A stretch of 32,000 nt of DNA. It comes from Candidatus Arthromitus sp. SFB-mouse-Japan (GTDB lineage: Bacteria; Bacillota; Clostridia; Clostridiales; Clostridiaceae). Position 1 is the first letter of the stretch, and each line of letters begins with the position of its first letter. The stretch covers positions 930,001 to 962,000 of the forward strand of contig NC_015913.1 of assembly GCF_000270205.1 (NCBI RefSeq). The letters are read 5' to 3'. The translations under genes and the position numbers were made by a program. Shown piece by piece: positions 26,219 through 32,000 of this stretch. Below the pieces are notes generated by a model, which saw nothing but the letters and a program-made list of their open reading frames with translations, did not search any database and was not told the origin of the DNA.

Positions 26219-27304
26219 TTATTCATTAATTTTAAGTTGGAGCAGTATTTGCTTATTATTTCTTACAACCAAAACAGTCATAGTATCTTGTACACTTTTC
26301 TTAAGCTCATTTATTTGTTCAATAGAAGTTATCTTTGTCCCATTAAACTCAACGATAACATCTCCAGGCATTATTCCAATTTTATCTGATAAGGATCCTC
26401 TTTCAACTTCAACAACAAATACTCCAGATGAAACTCCAAATTTAACTGATGCTTGATCAGTTATATTAACACCAGAAAGCCCAAGAGTTATAACTGGTGT
26501 GCTTAATTCTTCGAGTTTAAGTTTTGCAATATTTATTGGAATTGCAAATCCAATCCCTTCAACACCTTCAACTGCAATTTTTGCACTATTAATGCCTACT
26601 ACCTCTCCTTTTAAATTAAGTAGTGGACCTCCACTATTTCCAGGATTAATTGCTGCATCTGTCTGAATAAACGTTGAAATCCCATTACTTGTTTCAACTT
26701 TTCGTGATAATCCACTTACAATACCAACAGTTGCACTTCCACTAAATGTCAAATTAAGTGGGCTTCCTATAGCAATTACCCATTCACCAACTCTTGTATT
26801 ATCTGAAGATCCAAGTTGAAGAACTGTTGAACTTTCAAATCCTGGTGTCGTAACCTCTAAGAGAGCAATGTCATTAACCTTATCTGTATTTATTACTTTT
26901 GCAGTAACTTTTTGACCATCATGAAGTATTATATTAACATTTGATGCATTAAGAACAACATGTTGATTTGTTAAAATCTTAGTAGGAGTTATAAAAAATC
27001 CACTTCCTATACCGTTAACCTGATTAATTCCATTATAAGAATTTACAATAGAATTAATACTTACTGTAACAACTCCTGGACTAACTGCATCTATAACATC
27101 TGCGATACTACCATAACTAGGTATCATTCTTTCTTCTAAACTTGATGTATTAGATAAAAGTTCAGTATTATTCGAAACTTGAAGTTTACTATATACGCTT
27201 GTACTAAAAATAAACGTACCAAATAATACAACAAATGCCACTATTAAAGACATAAATGATCTAAAATTTCTCTTTTTCAAATTCCGTACACCCCTTTTTC
27301 TCAA
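26219..27304 (-). CDS. htrA: HtrA/DegP-family serine protease with C-terminal PDZ domain
   Basis: Catalytic triad context TNQHVV, DIALLEV, GNSGGPLLN. PDZ-like C-terminus (GVFVVEVERGSLSDKIGIMPGDVIVEFNG). N-terminal membrane anchor. The true start is probably the internal TTG at 27278-27280 (MKKRNFRSF...). Confidence 0.9.
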   Translation of the reverse strand: MRKRGVRNLKKRNFRSFMSLIVAFVVLFGTFIFSTSVYSKLQVSNNTELLSNTSSLEERMIPSYGSIADVIDAVSPGVVTVSINSIVNSYNGINQVNGIGSGFFITPTKILTNQHVVLNASNVNIILHDGQKVTAKVINTDKVNDIALLEVTTPGFESSTVLQLGSSDNTRVGEWVIAIGSPLNLTFSGSATVGIVSGLSRKVETSNGISTFIQTDAAINPGNSGGPLLNLKGEVVGINSAKIAVEGVEGIGFAIPINIAKLKLEELSTPVITLGLSGVNITDQASVKFGVSSGVFVVEVERGSLSDKIGIMPGDVIVEFNGTKITSIEQINELKKSVQDTMTVLVVRNNKQILLQLKINE

Positions 27305-27410
27305 AAGTTAAAAAATTCTCATAATTATTAAGTATTAACTAAAACTAATAAAAAAATCTATCTATTTAAAATAATTTTTAACTATTGTTTTAATGAGATG
27401 ATTAAACAAA

Positions 27411-28571
27411 CTACATACTACTTTTTAATATTTCTCTAACATCATCACGAACTAATTCAACATATTCGCCTATTTTATCATTTATTGGGAATGTATTCTC
27501 TACCAAAATTTCCAAACTATCTTCTGTAATGCCACATTCTTTTAAAGATGTTTGTACTCCAATGCTTTTAAAAAATTCTTTAAACTTATTTGCAACCATA
27601 TGACAAAATTCAATATCTGTTAATTCATCTTGATCAAGATTAAATAATTTTTTGCCTAATTTAATAATTTTATCTGGCTTTTTAGTTGCTACATACTTCA
27701 TCCAATTTGGAGTAATTATAGCAAGTCCAACTCCGTGAGGAATATCAAATATCCCACTAATAGAATGTTCAATCTCATGAGTTGCCCAATCTCCACCCGC
27801 AACAGATAAAGTTCCATTCAATCCAACAAATGAAGTATACATCATAGCTTCTCTCAATTTATAATCATCTAAATTGTCTAAAAGCTTAGGTGCTATCTCC
27901 ATCATATATGAAATAGATGATTCACAAAATCTATCAACAAGTTCTGCATTTTCTTCAGCATTAAAATATTGTTCTAACAAATGAGATATAGTATCAACGA
28001 TACCATTTATTGTTTGATTACGTGGAACACTAATTGTATATGTTGGGTCTAATATTGAAAAAACTGGAAAAGTAAATGGCCTATGAGCAAATCCTACTTT
28101 TTGATTATTCTCATCATTTGTTATAACGCTGTTAGGATTCATTTCTGTACCCGTGGCAGACAAAGTTAAAATAGATCCCAAAGGTATTCTATCTACAGGA
28201 AACTCTTTTTTTATTATTAAATTCCATACATCTGTATCACTTTTTGCTCCAATAGAAATAGCTTTGGATGCATCAATTACACTTCCACCTCCAACAGCCA
28301 AAATAAATTCAACATTTTTATCTCTGCATATTTTAATACCATTTCTTACGCTAGAAAGTTTTGGATTAGGTTCAATCCCACTTAACTCATGTATTTCACA
28401 ATCTAACTTTTCTAATATAGCTCTAACCTCATCATATAAACCATTTTTCTTTATACTTAAAGAGCCATAAGTCAATAATACCTTAGTTCCTTTCTTGATT
28501 TCATCATTTAGAAATCCTATCTTCCCACGTCCAAAATAAACTTTAGTTGGATTATGAAATGTAAAATTCAT
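27411..28571 (-). CDS. Iron-containing (group III) alcohol dehydrogenase, butanol dehydrogenase/YqhD-like
   Basis: 386 aa. GGGSVIDASKA NAD(P)-binding motif and metal-binding His cluster (HEIEHSISGIFDIPHGVGLA). Confidence 0.85.
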   Translation of the reverse strand: MNFTFHNPTKVYFGRGKIGFLNDEIKKGTKVLLTYGSLSIKKNGLYDEVRAILEKLDCEIHELSGIEPNPKLSSVRNGIKICRDKNVEFILAVGGGSVIDASKAISIGAKSDTDVWNLIIKKEFPVDRIPLGSILTLSATGTEMNPNSVITNDENNQKVGFAHRPFTFPVFSILDPTYTISVPRNQTINGIVDTISHLLEQYFNAEENAELVDRFCESSISYMMEIAPKLLDNLDDYKLREAMMYTSFVGLNGTLSVAGGDWATHEIEHSISGIFDIPHGVGLAIITPNWMKYVATKKPDKIIKLGKKLFNLDQDELTDIEFCHMVANKFKEFFKSIGVQTSLKECGITEDSLEILVENTFPINDKIGEYVELVRDDVREILKSSM

Positions 28572-28622
28572 TTAATCACCTCTTTTTAATACTCATAAGT
28601 AAATTATAACCTATAGTAAAGC

Positions 28623-28657
28623 AAAAAAACAGATTGAATAAATCAATCTGTTTTTTT
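28623..28657. terminator. Bidirectional-looking terminator after the second sepF
   Basis: Perfect 9-bp stem ACAGATTGA (28629-28637) / TCAATCTGT (28643-28651), flanked by A7 and T7. Confidence 0.8.
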
Positions 28658-28668
28658 ATAATATGTAA

Positions 28669-29136
28669 TTACTTATTCCACTCTAAAATGGATTTCTTAT
28701 TATCCTTATTTTCTTCATTTTTCGAAGTCAATTCGATGTTGAAAGGAACAAATACATATATACCTTTTTCAATTTCTTGTAGCTCGGCATTTAAAACATA
28801 ACTTGCCCCACATAAAAAATCCAACATCCTATATGATATTTTATTATCTAATGAAGTTGTATTAATTAAAACAATTTTTCTTTCTTTTAAATCTTCACAA
28901 ATACCTAAAACATCACTATAAACGACAGGCTTAATAATCTTCATTTTTGTGTCACTATAAAATCCATCATTCCCCCCTTTATTTACTATAGATTTAAAAT
29001 TAGTAACCTTTCCGTAGTCATTATTTATATCGCCCTTAACATCTACATCTTCATCAGAATCGTCATCAAATTCAAACTCGCCATCTTTAAGTCCAAAGAA
29101 ACCCCAAACCTTATCAGCAGCATTCTTTAATCCCAT
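28669..29136 (-). CDS. sepF: Cell division protein SepF, second paralog
   Basis: 155 aa. N-terminal amphipathic membrane-targeting helix MGLKNAADKVWGFFGL, an acidic linker, and a conserved C-terminal domain (IIKPVVYSDVLGICEDLKERKIVLINTTSL...[28 protein letters not shown]). Confidence 0.85.
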   Translation of the reverse strand: MGLKNAADKVWGFFGLKDGEFEFDDDSDEDVDVKGDINNDYGKVTNFKSIVNKGGNDGFYSDTKMKIIKPVVYSDVLGICEDLKERKIVLINTTSLDNKISYRMLDFLCGASYVLNAELQEIEKGIYVFVPFNIELTSKNEENKDNKKSILEWNK

Positions 29137-29305
29137 AAATACTCCTCCTTAATTACAAAACTAACTATACAAAACTAAAAATTACTATAAGTTCTTAATT
29201 TATTGTTATCCAATCATGTGAAATATATTTTAAATTAAACAATAACATTTTTTTAAGGTATTTTCTGTGATTCCTGTAGTATTATGGAAATACTTGATTT
29301 TTAAC

Positions 29306-30211
29306 TTAACATAAACTTTTAATCACATTTTTAAAATGTTTAGGAAGACTCGACTTAAATTCAATATATTTATTTGACGTAGGATGAATAAAACCAATGA
29401 GCCTAGCATGAAGCAACTGACCATTTCTATAAATATTTTCATTCTTAATTCCATAAATAGGATCTCCAACCAAAGGAAAACCCAAATGACTCATATGAAG
29501 TCGAATTTGATGAGTCCTGCCAGTGTGCAATTTACATTTAACAAGAGTGCATCGTCTATATCTTCTCAAAACTTTATACTCAGTTATTGCCTCTTTTCCT
29601 TTTTGTACTACAGCCATCTTAATCCTATTTTGGGGATTTCTACCAATATTTGTTTTAATCAGACCTTCTGATTTTTTTATAACACCGTGAACAAGTGCCA
29701 CATATTCACGTCTAATTGAATGAATCTTAAACTGCTCGCTCAAAAATTTATGCGATAAATCATTTTTTGCTACAACTAAAAGTCCTGAAGTATCTTTATC
29801 AATTCTATGTATTATTCCTGGTCGCTCAACTCCATTTATAGAAGACAAATCTTTACAATAATACATAAGAGCATTAACTAATGTATCTTTATAAATATTT
29901 TGTGCAGGATGGACAATCATTCCTTGTTCTTTATTAACAATAATAACATCACTATCTTCATAAACAATATCAAGAAATATATCTTGTGCTAATATATCAA
30001 GACGCTTAATATCAAAATCTAAAATTGAAACTACATCACCAATTTTCACTTTATATCCAGACTTAATGACCTTTTTATTAACAAGTATCTTTTCATCGCT
30101 AATAAGTCTCTGAATAAAACTTCTAGTATAAGATTCACCTAAATAATCTAAAATAAATTTATCAATTCTTTCATTTAAATTATTTTCATTATCAATAATA
30201 ATTTCTTTCAT
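29306..30211 (-). CDS. rluD: RluA-family 23S rRNA pseudouridine synthase (RluD type) with N-terminal S4 domain
   Basis: HRIDKDTSGLLVVAK catalytic Asp motif and HQIRLHM motif. Start moved to the ATG at 30209-30211 (AGGAAG upstream). The ORF-track extension overlaps the divIVA terminator. Confidence 0.9.
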   Translation of the reverse strand: MKEIIIDNENNLNERIDKFILDYLGESYTRSFIQRLISDEKILVNKKVIKSGYKVKIGDVVSILDFDIKRLDILAQDIFLDIVYEDSDVIIVNKEQGMIVHPAQNIYKDTLVNALMYYCKDLSSINGVERPGIIHRIDKDTSGLLVVAKNDLSHKFLSEQFKIHSIRREYVALVHGVIKKSEGLIKTNIGRNPQNRIKMAVVQKGKEAITEYKVLRRYRRCTLVKCKLHTGRTHQIRLHMSHLGFPLVGDPIYGIKNENIYRNGQLLHARLIGFIHPTSNKYIEFKSSLPKHFKNVIKSLC

Positions 30212-30235
30212 ACATATCTTCCTAATTTTTATATA

Positions 30236-30271
30236 AACAAAAAGCACCTAATGAAATAATCACTTAGGTGC
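30236..30271 (-). terminator. Terminator after divIVA
   Basis: GCACCTAA (30244-30251) / TTAGGTGC (30264-30271), followed on the minus strand by TTTTTGTTTAT. Confidence 0.7.
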
Positions 30272-30284
30272 CAACTAAATAAAA

Positions 30285-30983
30285 TCAACTCTCACTTATA
30301 AAAAATTTCTTAATATTCTCAAGATCGGAATCAACATCTTGCGATGTTTTAAGTCTTGACGATACATTTTCATGTTCAAAAGAATTATCATCAAGATTTG
30401 TTTGTACAGTAACATCATTTTCATTAGATATTATTTCTGTATTATCTTGCTCTATTTCTTTATCCTTAAAAGCTATCCCATCATCTTCAGAATTTGCTTT
30501 ATCCCTAACATTATTCAAATTATAATTCTTAATAAAATCTTTCTCCAAATCTTCAAAAGTATCCATTTGAACAGTAATAAAGTTTCTAAACTTCGCTCTA
30601 AATTTTACAAATTCTTGCTTAAGCCTATCATATTCTTGAGTTATAGAAACAACATCTGTATGAGCTTTATCCAAAATTTTCTTAGCAGAATCATTTGCAT
30701 GCTTAATAACCATATCAGCTTCTTTTTGAGAAGAAACTTTCGCCTGCTCAGCAGCATTTTGTGCTAATAATAAAGTATTTTGAATAGTTGACTCAATTTT
30801 TGAATAATGCTCAATTTTTTCATTCATAGCATTAATCTTCTCTTTAAGAAGAGAATTCTCCTTAAAAAGCTCCTCATAATCTTCAACAATCTGATCTAGA
30901 AACTCATCTACTTCTTCAGGGTCATACCCCCTAAGCATTTTTCTGAATTCTTTATTTGTAATATCAACCGGAGTTATCTTCAC
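30285..30983 (-). CDS. divIVA: Cell division/septum site protein DivIVA
   Basis: N-terminus (M)KITPVDITNKEFRKMLRGYDPEEVDEFLDQIVEDYE is the DivIVA lipid-binding domain, followed by a long coiled coil. Preferred start is GTG at 30981-30983, 6 nt after GAGGTG. Confidence 0.9.
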   Translation of the reverse strand: MKITPVDITNKEFRKMLRGYDPEEVDEFLDQIVEDYEELFKENSLLKEKINAMNEKIEHYSKIESTIQNTLLLAQNAAEQAKVSSQKEADMVIKHANDSAKKILDKAHTDVVSITQEYDRLKQEFVKFRAKFRNFITVQMDTFEDLEKDFIKNYNLNNVRDKANSEDDGIAFKDKEIEQDNTEIISNENDVTVQTNLDDNSFEHENVSSRLKTSQDVDSDLENIKKFFISES

Positions 30984-31006
30984 ACTCTTCACCTCAAATA
31001 ATAAAT

Positions 31007-31783
31007 TTAAATAAACTTGTCTACAATTATCTTATTTTTATTTTTAGATGTACTTCCTAAACTCTCTTTAAATTTAAATTTACCAAATCCAGCTATAACG
31101 ATTATATCATTTTCACAAACTTTCCTATCTGGATTTGATTCAAAAATTCCATTTATCTTAACTTTACCTTCTTTTACAATAGCCTTTGCTTTATCCCTAG
31201 AAAGATTTATCAAAGACGATACTATATTATCAATACGAAGTGACGATACAATTTTATATAGAATTTCGAATCTTTTCTGAGGTAACCTATTAAATAACTC
31301 GACTGTAACATTAACTGGAGAATATCTAACTTTTGTTAAATTTTGAACTATATAATTCACAAAATCACTAACTACTGGCGTATAAACACAATTACCTTCT
31401 ATAACTAAATCACCTATTTTTTCTCTAGAAAATCCTAATGACATAATGCTTCCTAAAAAATCCCTATGTGATAATTTGCTAAATTTATCATTGTAAGATA
31501 TCTTTACCACCTTCGCAGCATTATCAAAAATCGAAACGTCAATACTTGCTAACGAAAAAGCAATTAAACATCTCTCAGCATCATCAGAAAAACCATAACC
31601 CGAAACATTAAGCTCTTTGCTAGATAAAAAATTTTTAAGAGTGTTGCAAACATTAATTGTATAAAATTCATTTGTAACAATCGTTCTTCCACTTTTCAGT
31701 GCCGATACATACAACGAAAACAGCTTGTCTGCATCTTCAATAGAATTACCACAACTTTTTATAAAATCATTCTTAGATAACAA
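31007..31783 (-). CDS. ylmH: YlmH-like S4-domain RNA-binding protein
   Basis: 258 aa. C-terminal S4 domain (LRIDNIVSSLINLSRDKAKAIVKEGKVKINGIF). Conserved position between sepF and divIVA. The TTG start is uncertain. Confidence 0.75.
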   Translation of the reverse strand: MLSKNDFIKSCGNSIEDADKLFSLYVSALKSGRTIVTNEFYTINVCNTLKNFLSSKELNVSGYGFSDDAERCLIAFSLASIDVSIFDNAAKVVKISYNDKFSKLSHRDFLGSIMSLGFSREKIGDLVIEGNCVYTPVVSDFVNYIVQNLTKVRYSPVNVTVELFNRLPQKRFEILYKIVSSLRIDNIVSSLINLSRDKAKAIVKEGKVKINGIFESNPDRKVCENDIIVIAGFGKFKFKESLGSTSKNKNKIIVDKFI

Positions 31784-31786
31784 TTT

Positions 31787-32000
31787 TTACTTCGCCCAAC
31801 TAAACAAACTACTCTTAGTTTGTATTTCTTTTTTAAGCTCATTAGTAACTTCAACATTTGAAGGAGCCAATATGTAAATTGATTTTTCAACCTCTTGAAA
31901 TTCAGCATCAAGAGCATAGCTTGCCCCACATAAGAAGTCAACTGTTCGTTGAGCAACCTTAGGTTCTAAAATTGTTGCATTAACGATAACTATTTTTCTA
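31787..32000 (-). CDS. sepF: Cell division protein SepF, canonical copy (C-terminal part; gene runs off the window end)
   Basis: Not in ORF track in the correct frame. Translation ..[70 protein letters not shown] with TAA at 31787-31789. Confidence 0.85.
   Translation of the reverse strand, partial: RKIVIVNATILEPKVAQRTVDFLCGASYALDAEFQEVEKSIYILAPSNVEVTNELKKEIQTKSSLFSWAK

Noticed and set aside
31759-31956. 65-aa minus-strand ORF at the window end
   Set aside because: It is out of frame relative to the real gene. The adjacent frame on the same strand gives a textbook SepF C-terminus ending at 31787.

Overview
Very AT-rich (by eye well under 30% G+C) chromosomal segment with Clostridium-type gene content and order. 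Most genes are on the minus strand. The backbone is housekeeping. It runs secF/secD, the SCIFF peptide and its radical-SAM maturase, yajC-tgt-queA-ruvB-ruvA, a BofC-like gene, and yebC / mazG-like / yigZ / hflX. Next come pbp1A on the plus strand, a YfcE-like phosphoesterase, an HTH protein, folD, and a divergent GT2 / GT4 + polysaccharide deacetylase group. The window ends with a tRNA Asp-Phe-Cys operon, hslO, a lipoprotein, htrA, an Fe-alcohol dehydrogenase, and a division cluster (sepF - ylmH - divIVA - rluD - second sepF). No CRISPR array, transposase, integrase or obvious defence system was seen. Several things are not explained by the ORF track. (1) A hidden 45-aa six-cysteine SCIFF precursor with a GTG start lies upstream of the maturase, separated from it by an attenuator-like hairpin. 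(2) A hidden 77-aa SelW/Rdx-like gene directly after pbp1A has an in-frame TGA in a CxxU motif and a SECIS-like hairpin. (3) The roughly 175-aa N-terminal extension of HflX carries a complete JAMM/MPN+ metal-site motif (HxHx7SxxD). (4) Two self-contained genes, each with its own promoter and terminator, encode secreted proteins with DUF4214-like C-termini. They are inserted into otherwise conserved neighbourhoods, one of them abutting a 5'-truncated, doubly frameshifted permease remnant. (5) Single-base indels in short homopolymers split queA and yebC. All family assignments come from motif recognition by eye; no database search was run.
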